From a virus, in IMG/VR virus record IMGVR_UViG_3300027714_002832: DNA of 64,000 nt; one strand, 5' to 3'. Both the position numbers and the translations under genes were made by a program. The notes under the pieces are model-generated. The model was not told the origin of the DNA, did no database searches, and was given only the letters and a program-made list of their open reading frames with translations. Each line of letters opens with the position of its first letter. The first letter of the stretch is position 1. This document shows positions 18,947-27,977 of this stretch, piece by piece.

Positions 18947-19468
18947 ATGAAATATAGTGACTTTATTAGAACAGTACCAAATTATCCAATTGATGGTGTT
19001 AATTTCTATGATGTGAATAGTCTATTCGCTGATAACAAATTGTTCAGTGTGATGATAGATGATATGGCAGATAAGTTATCACTTGTTGATGATAAGTACC
19101 CAACGCATATCGCAGGATTAGAAAGTCGTGGTTTTGTAATAGGTGCTGCATTGGCATACAAAATGGGATTACCATTCGTAATGATTCGAAAGAAAGGTGC
19201 GAAATATCCTGGCGATCTATTAGAACAAAGTTATGGTACAGAATATTCAACAGATACCATTGTATTACAAGAAGGGTTGCTAAGTCACACCGATCGTGTT
19301 ATACTAGCAGATGATCTAATCGCAACAGGCGGTAGTATGATGGCAGCACGCTCACTGGTTGAATCAACTGGCGCTAAAGTAGTAGGCATTGGTGTAATCA
19401 TTGATCTATTTTATGTGCATTGCAAAGAATATGACTTATTAAATGTCATAGCATTAGACACTGTATAA
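18947..19468 (+). CDS. apt: adenine phosphoribosyltransferase
   Basis: IAGLESRGFVIGAALA and PRPP-binding VILADDLIATGGSM motifs. Confidence 0.85.
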   Translation: MKYSDFIRTVPNYPIDGVNFYDVNSLFADNKLFSVMIDDMADKLSLVDDKYPTHIAGLESRGFVIGAALAYKMGLPFVMIRKKGAKYPGDLLEQSYGTEYSTDTIVLQEGLLSHTDRVILADDLIATGGSMMAARSLVESTGAKVVGIGVIIDLFYVHCKEYDLLNVIALDTV

Positions 19469-19503
19469 GGAAGACAGTGAGTAGTATATAAGGGAGAACG
19501 ATC

Positions 19504-19905
19504 ATGATTGAAATAACAAAAAAAGCACAAGAGTATATGACCACTATCGCGACAGGTGACAATGAAATAGTTAAACTTGCGCTTGAAGGTGGTGGTTGTT
19601 CTGGATTCCAATATTCGTGGAACATCATCGATAAAGATGGTATCGATGAAATGAGCGATGAGGTTATGACGTTTGAAGATGGTGGTGGACTAATCATAGA
19701 CGGTATGAGTCTGATGTATTTGTTCGGTAGTGAAATTTCATTAGAATCAAATCTAATGGGTACAAAACTAATCATAAGCAATCCACAAGTAACCAGTTCA
19801 TGTGGTTGTGGCGATAGCGTCAACATAGATACTGGAGCAGCATCTTGTCCCAAAGAAGAACCAGCAGCATATAATGCGGATATGTTTTACGATCCCTCAG
19901 AGTAG
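19504..19905 (+). CDS. IscA/HesB-family Fe-S cluster insertion protein
   Basis: GGGCSGFQY and C-terminal SCGCGDS Cys ligands. Confidence 0.8.
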   Translation: MIEITKKAQEYMTTIATGDNEIVKLALEGGGCSGFQYSWNIIDKDGIDEMSDEVMTFEDGGGLIIDGMSLMYLFGSEISLESNLMGTKLIISNPQVTSSCGCGDSVNIDTGAASCPKEEPAAYNADMFYDPSE

Positions 19906-19911
19906 TAAAAA

Positions 19912-20673
19912 ATGAAGAAAATAGCAATTATCGGTTGCTCACATAGTTATTATCTCGAATGTGATAAGAACTGGACAACTATGTTTCCAGAAGATTACAT
20001 TATTCACAACTATTCAGCGGCTGGTCATGGCGTTCAATATTTTGATTTTGTACTAAAGTATATTGTTGCAAATAAATTAGATTACGATTGCGTAATCATT
20101 CAACTGACAAGTAGTACACGTTGGCAATTTCCTATTACAGGACATACCTCAGATAAGTTACGAACAGATGAGATATCTGATAGATATATAAATTATTCAT
20201 TTAACTATGCACATGTACTCGCACATGAATCAATGGATTTTGAAGATTTATACGAAAATCATGAACTATCATTTCTCGATGACATTTCAATAATTAATGA
20301 CAGCATGATACAACCATGTGATAATATAGAAGATACCAATTTTAAAGAGTTCCCGATTAATAGGTCTACTAGCGACACATGGACCTCTGAATATTATAAT
20401 TTATTCACACAAACATTGCATATGTATGAACATCATTTTCCTAATGTATTTTGGTGGAGATTTGCAAATGAATCTATTAATAATATTGGTCATGATACCA
20501 CCGCATTAGAAACAGTAATAAAACATGAAGAATTATATGGTGATTTGAATGATATCATTGATGATACATTACATTTAACACCACTAGGATATCGTATTCT
20601 ATTTGATGAATACATAATGAAGAGTAAAATTGGCGATTACGTAAGGAGTAATACAAATGACAAATCCATTTAA
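19912..20673 (+). CDS. SGNH/GDSL-like hydrolase (paralogue 1)
   Basis: block I IAIIGCSHS, Gly block AAGHG, C-terminal DTLHLTPLGYRI (DxxH). Confidence 0.5.
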   Translation: MKKIAIIGCSHSYYLECDKNWTTMFPEDYIIHNYSAAGHGVQYFDFVLKYIVANKLDYDCVIIQLTSSTRWQFPITGHTSDKLRTDEISDRYINYSFNYAHVLAHESMDFEDLYENHELSFLDDISIINDSMIQPCDNIEDTNFKEFPINRSTSDTWTSEYYNLFTQTLHMYEHHFPNVFWWRFANESINNIGHDTTALETVIKHEELYGDLNDIIDDTLHLTPLGYRILFDEYIMKSKIGDYVRSNTNDKSI

Positions 20674-21013
20674 CGATGTAGACATGTTCCAAGAAGCATG
20701 TGATCAAGCACCAAGTGAAGCAAACTATAAAATGTATCTTGGTTTGATTGAAGAAGAAGTTGGTGAACTAAATGATGCGGTAGCAGATGATGATACTGTA
20801 GAACAATTAGATGCATTAGTAGACATTTTGGTCGTTACCATGGGCGCTATACGTGCCGCAGGGTGGGATGGCGAAGGTGCGTGGAAAGAAGTAATGAACA
20901 CTAACTTTGCGAAGGTAGATCCTACAACTGGTAAAGTTATTAAACGTGAAGACGGTAAAGTACTAAAACCAGAAGGCTGGTTAGCACCTCAACTTGCAAA
21001 ATTTGTATACTAA
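20657..21013 (+). CDS. MazG-like nucleotide pyrophosphohydrolase
   Basis: EEEVGELNDA...EQLDALVDILVV acidic helix pair typical of MazG/HisE NTP-PPase. Confidence 0.65.
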   Translation: MTNPFNDVDMFQEACDQAPSEANYKMYLGLIEEEVGELNDAVADDDTVEQLDALVDILVVTMGAIRAAGWDGEGAWKEVMNTNFAKVDPTTGKVIKREDGKVLKPEGWLAPQLAKFVY

Positions 21014-21022
21014 TACTAGATT

Positions 21023-21229
21023 ATGAAATTACTATCAGAGTATTATAGAGAAGATGGTGCAAGTGCAGAAGTACTTGCAATTGATGGTTTTTATGCTATA
21101 ATGTACTATAACGATGAAAACATGTTATGTGAACTATTAGAATTTAAAAACAGTTCATTGGTGCAAGTTGAAGAAGTCGCAGAAGATTGGGCTTTGGGAA
21201 TTAATAAGGAACCTATAGTACTATGTTAG
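21023..21229 (+). CDS. hypothetical protein
   Basis: 68-aa ORF. Confidence 0.4.
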   Translation: MKLLSEYYREDGASAEVLAIDGFYAIMYYNDENMLCELLEFKNSSLVQVEEVAEDWALGINKEPIVLC

Positions 21230-21492
21230 AATATGAAGGTAAACCACTTGATACATTATCATTAGAAGACACAATCGAGTTTGAGAAAGTTTTATTGAAA
21301 CGATTGCTTAGTGCTGGTATGATGAGTGAGCAAGTTCAAGATCAACTACAAATGTATGTTGAAGAAATTAGAATTCATAAGTCAGAGATGATTGCTCATT
21401 TACAATTTGATAATGTTACTACTAAAGATAAAGTAGAGACTACACTGAACATTGGCGATATCGATGGTGAATTCGATGATGATGAACAGTAA
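21223..21492 (+). CDS. hypothetical acidic protein
   Basis: 89-aa ORF. Confidence 0.4.
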   Translation: MLEYEGKPLDTLSLEDTIEFEKVLLKRLLSAGMMSEQVQDQLQMYVEEIRIHKSEMIAHLQFDNVTTKDKVETTLNIGDIDGEFDDDEQ

Positions 21493-21982
21493 TCAACAAA
21501 TGGTATTGACAGAGCGCGATGTAATTAGATCTTGGCTCTCAGATATACGCATCAACAAGGCGCAGTTTGAAGATATTGAACCAATTAATATCTATAATGA
21601 ATGGTGCACCGAGTATGAAATAGGAAATCCTATTGATGCTACCATAGCAGATGATTCAGATGGTTACGTTGAGAAATGCATTAACAATTGGCATATGCCC
21701 GATGAGTATCATCAATATAACATTCGCAATCATTTAGAGAATCTATGTAAAACAAAAGAAGAATTAACACGTGTTCGATATGAATTAGAATTGTATGAAG
21801 ATCGTGGATTGATAATTGCTCTTAATTTTCTAAGATATCTTGAACGAGTATGTGATGATAATGATATTGTATTGGGCGTAGGTCGTGGTAGTAGTGTATC
21901 TAGTTATTGTCTATATCTTCTAGGAATTCATAGAGTAAATAGTATTAAGTACGAACTAGACATAAAGGAGTTTTTAAAATGA
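21452..21982 (+). CDS. hypothetical protein
   Basis: 176-aa ORF. Confidence 0.45.
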   Translation: MAISMVNSMMMNSNQQMVLTERDVIRSWLSDIRINKAQFEDIEPINIYNEWCTEYEIGNPIDATIADDSDGYVEKCINNWHMPDEYHQYNIRNHLENLCKTKEELTRVRYELELYEDRGLIIALNFLRYLERVCDDNDIVLGVGRGSSVSSYCLYLLGIHRVNSIKYELDIKEFLK

Positions 21983-22437
21983 AAAGTGCAAAAACAGCGT
22001 TAGGTAGAACGATCAACATGGCAGCGTTAGCATCTAAAAATGAAACAACTCGTGCAGTGAGTAATATCCCTGTAAATGCGAGGGGTGATATTATTGATAA
22101 TCGTGGTAATGTTAAAATATCAAAAGAAACAATTGCTAAAGAATTCAATAAAGATGTTCTTACTGGTGTAGAAGAGAACATTAGCATCAAAGATGAAAAT
22201 TCAACTACCACACCTAAACAGAAAAAAACAGAATCCGCTATTGACACGGATGTGCTTGACGTGTATAATGATGATAGACTAAGTACACCAACTGATATAA
22301 GTAATTTATCACTTGATGAAACAGTTATCGAAGTGAATCGTACGCTACGTACACGTGAAGATGGTGCATCATATCATGAAATCGAATACTCAGATGGTAG
22401 CATGACAGAAGAGTTCTACACAGACGGTCCCATTTAA
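21979..22437 (+). CDS. hypothetical protein
   Basis: 152-aa ORF, ATGA overlap. Confidence 0.45.
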   Translation: MKSAKTALGRTINMAALASKNETTRAVSNIPVNARGDIIDNRGNVKISKETIAKEFNKDVLTGVEENISIKDENSTTTPKQKKTESAIDTDVLDVYNDDRLSTPTDISNLSLDETVIEVNRTLRTREDGASYHEIEYSDGSMTEEFYTDGPI

Positions 22438-23207
22438 TGACAAAGCGAATACTAATCGTTGGCACAAGTCATAGCATGGGTTGTTGTGAGGGGTATCGGT
22501 CTGACACTGAATACCTTAAACATGATGAGAGATGGCATGATTACTTTAAATCAGAGTTCGGATATGAAGTAGTAAATATTAGTATGAGCGGCTGTACTGC
22601 TCAACAACAAGTACTAGCAGTATACGCATATTTTCAAGATAATCCAACTGCTCATTTTGACTTAGCAATAGTTGAAGGTCGTGGAATTGAAGGAACTGTA
22701 TCAGACCCTATGCATTTTTTGGGCGGACCCCCATATGATATATTAAATCATCCGTCTGACGATGTATATGAGTTTGAAACGTATTATGCAAAGTGGTTAG
22801 ATTCATCAGTAGAAAACTTCTACTCTCCAACCACTGCATTGCCACCAGATCATGCTTATGATTATCAAAAGCGATACATGGCTTGGTATATTGAATATGT
22901 TTATAGCATGAATCATGCAGTTGATACATGGAGTGCAAATGTAACATTATGTAACTATATATCAAAATATAGCGATATAGTTAAATGGTTTACTTGGTCA
23001 TACTCAATAGATGAAGTGAGTGATCTAAAATTATCATTAGGTAAAGATTTATTATCCGAATATGCCATTGACTGGCCCATATTAGATAAAATGGAAGATA
23101 TTGGAACATATGATGTATCATGTGACTGTGGTCATTTCAATCCCGAAGGACATAAGATGGTTTGGGAACAAATTAAAGATAAACTAGAGAGAAGTAATAT
23201 ATTATGA
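22437..23207 (+). CDS. SGNH/GDSL-like hydrolase (paralogue 2)
   Basis: ILIVGTSHS block I, C-terminal DCGHFNPEGHKMV (DxxH). Confidence 0.5.
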   Translation: MTKRILIVGTSHSMGCCEGYRSDTEYLKHDERWHDYFKSEFGYEVVNISMSGCTAQQQVLAVYAYFQDNPTAHFDLAIVEGRGIEGTVSDPMHFLGGPPYDILNHPSDDVYEFETYYAKWLDSSVENFYSPTTALPPDHAYDYQKRYMAWYIEYVYSMNHAVDTWSANVTLCNYISKYSDIVKWFTWSYSIDEVSDLKLSLGKDLLSEYAIDWPILDKMEDIGTYDVSCDCGHFNPEGHKMVWEQIKDKLERSNIL

Positions 23208-23536
23208 AAGCAAAAGCAGTAGGTAATTGTGTGTTAGCGTCAATGGTTAAGGTAACTGGCGGACATAGAGTATTAGCAAGCGGTATTTTATTAGCAGATA
23301 AAGACATGACAGAATCGGGTATTCGTCCACGATGGTTTAAAGTAGAATCAGTTGGACCCGATGTGACATTCGTTGAGGAAGGACAGTTTGTATATGTTGA
23401 ACACGGTCGTTGGAGTAACGAGATCAAGATTCAACAGGGCAACGGTAACGAATCTACTAGCGTATGGTTATTAGATAATGAGAAGTGTCTGTTAGTATCA
23501 GATGATGACCCAGTAAACAGCGGATATGAGATGTAA
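23204..23536 (+). CDS. GroES/gp31-like co-chaperonin candidate
   Basis: 110 aa; SGILLADKDMTESGIRPR mobile-loop-like segment and VESVGPDV...EEGQFVYVEHGRWSNEIKI beta-core resemble GroES. Confidence 0.35.
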   Translation: MKAKAVGNCVLASMVKVTGGHRVLASGILLADKDMTESGIRPRWFKVESVGPDVTFVEEGQFVYVEHGRWSNEIKIQQGNGNESTSVWLLDNEKCLLVSDDDPVNSGYEM

Positions 23537-23538
23537 AT

Positions 23539-24219
23539 ATGCTATTTAATAAAGATGAAAAGAAGAAAAAGAAGTCACCAAAAAAAGAGATTCCTTCAGT
23601 AATTCCAGTACCCAAACAAGAACCAATGATGCCACCGCAGCCTGCTATGCCGATGCCTCCTGGACCTCCAAAGCAGCCGGGTGAACATTTACGCGATAAT
23701 GGTGTATTGTTCATGGATAAAGAATTCAATCAAGATAACTGTATGCCATTGGTAAAGATGATCATGGAATACAATCTCATGCCAGCAGATAAAGCACCAC
23801 AAGTTATTCACTTATATATCAATTCGCCTGGCGGGTATGTAGATTCGTGTATGCATCTGATTGATGTTGTAAAGCAATCCCGCATCCCTGTATATACATA
23901 CGGCATGGGTTCTATCGCTAGTTGTGGTGTAATGCTGATGATGTCTGGCGTTAAAGGACATCGTTATCTAACCCATAATACAGCAGTCATGTCACATGAA
24001 TTTAGTGGTGGCACTCGTGGTCAATATCACGATATGGTTGACAGTCAAAAACATATGGATTGGACAAATAAAAAATTGCTAGAACATTACAAGAAATGCA
24101 CTGGTAAGAATGAAAAATATATCCGTGAGTTTACACTAGCACCTAAGACAGATCATTGGTTAACACCAGAGCAAGCAGTAAAGCATGGTATCGCAGATCA
24201 TGTGATCGCAACATACTAA
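23539..24219 (+). CDS. ClpP-family (S14) serine peptidase, second paralogue with Pro-rich N-terminus
   Basis: INSPGGYVDS, GMGSIASCGVMLMMSG (Ser), AVMSHEFSGG (His); N-terminal KKKKK/PMMPPQPAMPMPPGPP. Confidence 0.75.
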   Translation: MLFNKDEKKKKKSPKKEIPSVIPVPKQEPMMPPQPAMPMPPGPPKQPGEHLRDNGVLFMDKEFNQDNCMPLVKMIMEYNLMPADKAPQVIHLYINSPGGYVDSCMHLIDVVKQSRIPVYTYGMGSIASCGVMLMMSGVKGHRYLTHNTAVMSHEFSGGTRGQYHDMVDSQKHMDWTNKKLLEHYKKCTGKNEKYIREFTLAPKTDHWLTPEQAVKHGIADHVIATY

Positions 24220-24229
24220 AGGTAGAATA

Positions 24230-24601
24230 ATGTTAAATAAAATATACAGCGTTATTGGTAACTTTTTTCTGAAACGTACTGATGAATATTGGCAAGAATG
24301 TGATTACGGCGAATGTGACGATGTTCCATTTAGTACTAGTAGGTTTGGGCGTAACGTTGGTGCCACTACTACGAAGTTGAAGAATCAAAGTCACCATCAA
24401 CTCACACCTGACACAGACCCATCATTCAATATCCGTATATATTCTGCAAAAGGTGGTCGCGTAGTTGAATGTCATACAACTACTAATCACGCTAATCAGC
24501 AATTCCAAGGTAGTAGTACAGACTTATATGTAATACCAGATGGTACTGATTTAGTTGATGAACTTGGTAAAATCTTAATGATGCACTCCTTGACAAAGTA
24601 G
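24230..24601 (+). CDS. hypothetical protein
   Basis: 123-aa ORF. Confidence 0.45.
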   Translation: MLNKIYSVIGNFFLKRTDEYWQECDYGECDDVPFSTSRFGRNVGATTTKLKNQSHHQLTPDTDPSFNIRIYSAKGGRVVECHTTTNHANQQFQGSSTDLYVIPDGTDLVDELGKILMMHSLTK

Positions 24602-24618
24602 TAAAACTAGTGTATAAT
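24590..24618 (+). promoter_or_regulatory. sigma70-like promoter
   Basis: TTGACA 24590-24595, 17 nt, TATAAT 24613-24618. Confidence 0.5.
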
Positions 24619-24650
24619 ATCTTATTAACAACTTAAATTAGGAATAGCAT

Positions 24651-25574
24651 ATGGCTAAGGAATTATGGGTAGAAAAGTATCGTCCCAATACAGTAAAAGA
24701 ATACGTATTCAAAGATAATACCCAACGTAAACAGGTACAGAACTGGATCAATGATGGTGGTATTCCACACTTATTGTTCAGTGGTAGTCCGGGAACTGGT
24801 AAGACGACAATTGCAAAAGTGCTTATCAATGAACTTTCTATTCAAGATGCTGATGTACTATATATTAACGCTAGTCGTGATAACGGTGTTGAAATGATTC
24901 GTAAGAAGATCACCGCATTCAGTGAGACTATGCCTTGGGGTGATTTCAAGGTTATCTTATTAGATGAGGCTGATCATATTTCACCAGAAGGTCAAGCAGC
25001 ATTGCGTGGCGTTATGGAACAATATCATGCGAGTGTTCGGTTTATCTTAACATGTAACTATCCTAACATGATTATTCCAGCATTGCATAGTCGTTGTCAA
25101 GGTTTCCATATTGAGAAACTAGATCAAACAGATTTCACAGTGCGTGTTGCAGAGATTTTAGCAGACAATGATGTTGAATTTGATATTGATACATTAGATG
25201 CAATGGTTCGTGCGAACTATCCCGACTTGCGTAAAACGATTAATACGGTACAGATGAGTATCGCAGACAATCTATTACAGAAGCCTGTTGATGATAGTGG
25301 TGCTAGTGCAGTCTGGCGTATGGAAATGATTGATCTATTCAAATCTGGTGACATCAAAAAAGCGCGTCAATTGATTGTGTCTAAAGCGCGTGCAGATGAG
25401 TATAATGAAATTTATACTTGGCTATATCGCAATATTGATTTGTATACATCAAATGATGACCAATATGATGCGTGTGTTCTTGCAATCCGTAATGGTTTAG
25501 TAAAGCATACTCAAGTGGCTGATGTAGAGATTAATTTATCTGCGACAATGATTGAACTAGCACGCGCATTATAA
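24651..25574 (+). CDS. clamp-loader ATPase subunit (T4 gp44 / RFC small-subunit homologue)
   Basis: WVEKYRP, Walker A GSPGTGKTT, DEAD-like LLDEADH, SRC motif; colinear with T4 gp44. Confidence 0.85.
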   Translation: MAKELWVEKYRPNTVKEYVFKDNTQRKQVQNWINDGGIPHLLFSGSPGTGKTTIAKVLINELSIQDADVLYINASRDNGVEMIRKKITAFSETMPWGDFKVILLDEADHISPEGQAALRGVMEQYHASVRFILTCNYPNMIIPALHSRCQGFHIEKLDQTDFTVRVAEILADNDVEFDIDTLDAMVRANYPDLRKTINTVQMSIADNLLQKPVDDSGASAVWRMEMIDLFKSGDIKKARQLIVSKARADEYNEIYTWLYRNIDLYTSNDDQYDACVLAIRNGLVKHTQVADVEINLSATMIELARAL

Positions 25575-25576
25575 TA

Positions 25577-26077
25577 ATGAAGTATGTAGATATCGTTAAA
25601 TCTTTCATTAGCAATCATACATTAAATGTGATCGCAAGCACCATGATGTTTATTTCTTTATGTATGATTGATGATAATAAAACTATTGTGTCATTATGGG
25701 ACGGGTTTGCATTTTTTATGTATATGCTAGGTATTATACTTATGATTAGCCCACTTCATTATAAATCATATAGAATATTATACAATATCTACAGTAGATT
25801 TCCAACTTGGTTACAGATTCATTCACCATCTATACCGATACATTTGCGTAGAACTTATCAGACTGACATACCTGATGCGTGGAGTACAGTTGTACTACCA
25901 GAAAGAAATATACATGATGATTACTTCTCGTACGCTGATTGGTGTGCTGAAAACGTGATAGGTAGATATTATGTGGGACAGTGTTATCTCAATCCAGATA
26001 ATGCAAGATTACATGGATTTAAGGTTTATTTTGAATGTGAAAAAGAAGCATTCATGTTTAGAATGGCAAATACATAA
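25577..26077 (+). CDS. hypothetical protein, member of the C-terminal FKMA-motif family
   Basis: 166 aa; N-terminal TM region; C-term ECEKEAFMFRMANT. Confidence 0.5.
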   Translation: MKYVDIVKSFISNHTLNVIASTMMFISLCMIDDNKTIVSLWDGFAFFMYMLGIILMISPLHYKSYRILYNIYSRFPTWLQIHSPSIPIHLRRTYQTDIPDAWSTVVLPERNIHDDYFSYADWCAENVIGRYYVGQCYLNPDNARLHGFKVYFECEKEAFMFRMANT

Positions 26078-26081
26078 CAAG

Positions 26082-26101
26082 GCTCCTACTGGAGTTTTTT
26101 T
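26082..26101 (+). terminator. weak rho-independent terminator candidate
   Basis: CTCC-TACT-GGAG short hairpin then TTTTTTT. Confidence 0.35.
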
Positions 26102-26141
26102 GCGTCTTAAACATAAATACTATTAACGGGAGAATATTGCA

Positions 26142-26579
26142 GTGACAAAAGATTTTTTATTATGGTGGTTGATTTTTGTAATTCAATTGCTTGCACTTGG
26201 TACGGCATACTATTATGATTTACATATATATGCATTTGAAAATGACCAAACATATATAACTTTTGTATTGTTGGCACTATGGTTTTTAACAAGTTTGAAA
26301 ATTGGTCATAGAATCTATAAAAATTCTACCACATCAGATGAAACATATTGGTTCATCGCAGAAACATGTATGTCTATTGGTATGATGGGCACAGTTCTTG
26401 GATTCATCCTCATGTTAGATGGTAGCGAATTAGGTTCGTTAGATCCATCAAATATTCAAGCAATGAAAGGCGTAATCGGACAATTGGCGAATGGCATGGC
26501 AACAGCATTGTTGACTACATTGGTTGGATTGATCGTGTCTGTTTCATTGCGATCTCAACTTATCTTACAGGATAGATAA
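26142..26579 (+). CDS. MotA/TolQ/ExbB-family proton-channel protein (short form)
   Basis: GMMGTVLGFI and GQLANGMATALLTTLVGLIVSV match the conserved TM2-TM3 core of ExbB/TolQ/MotA. Confidence 0.6.
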   Translation: MTKDFLLWWLIFVIQLLALGTAYYYDLHIYAFENDQTYITFVLLALWFLTSLKIGHRIYKNSTTSDETYWFIAETCMSIGMMGTVLGFILMLDGSELGSLDPSNIQAMKGVIGQLANGMATALLTTLVGLIVSVSLRSQLILQDR

Positions 26580-26581
26580 AA

Positions 26582-27205
26582 ATGAGAGAAAGATATAGTT
26601 CTAATCTCGCATTCAATGATATATTATTCAATGCATTGTTAGGCTTTGTAACTTTATTCATTCTAGTACTAGTTCTAGTAAATCCTATTTCAAAACAAAA
26701 TGATATACCTGCATATGCAGAAATAATGATAATACTTGAATGGGATGGTGAAGTGGTCGATGATCTAGATATATGGGTCATAGGTCCTGGCATGGAATTC
26801 CCATTGAGTTTCCAAAATAAAACTAGTGGCTTCATGCATCTTGATAGAGATGATTTGGGAACCTCATCTGATACAGTACTGATTGACGGTGTTACACAGA
26901 TAATAAAAATTAATAGAGAAGTAGTTAACATGCGTGGTATAATGCCAGGCGACTATTTTGTTAATGTACATGTATATAGTAGACCGACTACAACAGAACC
27001 AACATCATTCACAGTATCGTTAATAGATATTAATCCATATAAAGAAGCAATTCATGTACAGCATCATGTAACCATGCGTAACGAAGTATTCAAAATACCA
27101 GCGTTTACAGTAGACGCTGAAGGTAATATATCAGATATTTTTATTAGTGATAGGTTGATACCACGACTAAATGCTGCAAGTGAATCTTCAAATGGAAGGG
27201 GATAA
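26582..27205 (+). CDS. ExbD/TolR-like membrane protein with extended periplasmic domain
   Basis: N-terminal AFNDILFNALLGFVTLFILVLVLV resembles ExbD/TolR TM segment; adjacent to ExbB-like gene. Confidence 0.4.
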   Translation: MRERYSSNLAFNDILFNALLGFVTLFILVLVLVNPISKQNDIPAYAEIMIILEWDGEVVDDLDIWVIGPGMEFPLSFQNKTSGFMHLDRDDLGTSSDTVLIDGVTQIIKINREVVNMRGIMPGDYFVNVHVYSRPTTTEPTSFTVSLIDINPYKEAIHVQHHVTMRNEVFKIPAFTVDAEGNISDIFISDRLIPRLNAASESSNGRG

Positions 27206-27207
27206 TT

Positions 27208-27726
27208 ATGTATAATATAATAGACACAATGAATATAGATACCATGATCATGTTGTATGTAATTGGCTTGTTTTTATTAGTAGTAATATGTGTATATGCA
27301 TTAATACAGAGCAAAGCAAATAGATTATACACATTTATCATTATACCAGCATCACTGGTAATGTCACTATATAGTTGGCAAGCGATTACCGCGTTACAAG
27401 GACTCCCAATATACGGATTGCCATATGATAAAGAGATACAGATATTATATACATATGACGAAAAGCCTTGGATATACATCCTATTGTCAGAACCAAATAA
27501 AGGACCTATATTATATAAAACAGATTGGAGTAAAGCCAATTTGCAGAAGTTAAATGAATTATCAGGAGACAATGGTCAATCACAGGCTCAAGGTAAATTC
27601 AACAAAGGGTTAAATGGTGAAGCAGTATCATTTGAAATGTCAAACATATTGCCTAATGGTCAGAGCGCACTTAAACGACCACCCAAACCCCGTAGTATAA
27701 CAATAAACGAAGGAGGAGGTCTATAA
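27208..27726 (+). CDS. hypothetical membrane protein
   Basis: 172 aa, 2 TM helices. Confidence 0.45.
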   Translation: MYNIIDTMNIDTMIMLYVIGLFLLVVICVYALIQSKANRLYTFIIIPASLVMSLYSWQAITALQGLPIYGLPYDKEIQILYTYDEKPWIYILLSEPNKGPILYKTDWSKANLQKLNELSGDNGQSQAQGKFNKGLNGEAVSFEMSNILPNGQSALKRPPKPRSITINEGGGL

Positions 27727-27977
27727 TGGATGCACCACAAGCAGTATTATTAGTAGCACATTATGTAGTATCATTATTCGGAATGCAATTAGGCGGACCA
27801 GTAATGAAATCATATCCATATCCAACAATGGAAATTTGCGAAATATATAAAAAAGAGATGGAAGGTGATTTTAAACTTGACATGGAATATAGCCTAATCA
27901 CACGAACAGATTGTGTTACTATAGCAAAATTCAAAGAGATAACCGCGCCTAAGAAACAGGAGACTACTGATGAATAA
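27726..27977 (+). CDS. hypothetical small protein
   Basis: 83-aa ORF. Confidence 0.4.
   Translation: MDAPQAVLLVAHYVVSLFGMQLGGPVMKSYPYPTMEICEIYKKEMEGDFKLDMEYSLITRTDCVTIAKFKEITAPKKQETTDE

Noticed and set aside
25577-26077. Expectation that the ORF directly downstream of the gp44-like clamp loader is gp62
   Set aside because: The sequence has a hydrophobic N-terminal half and the FKMA-family C-terminus, with no resemblance to T4 gp62; I left it as hypothetical.
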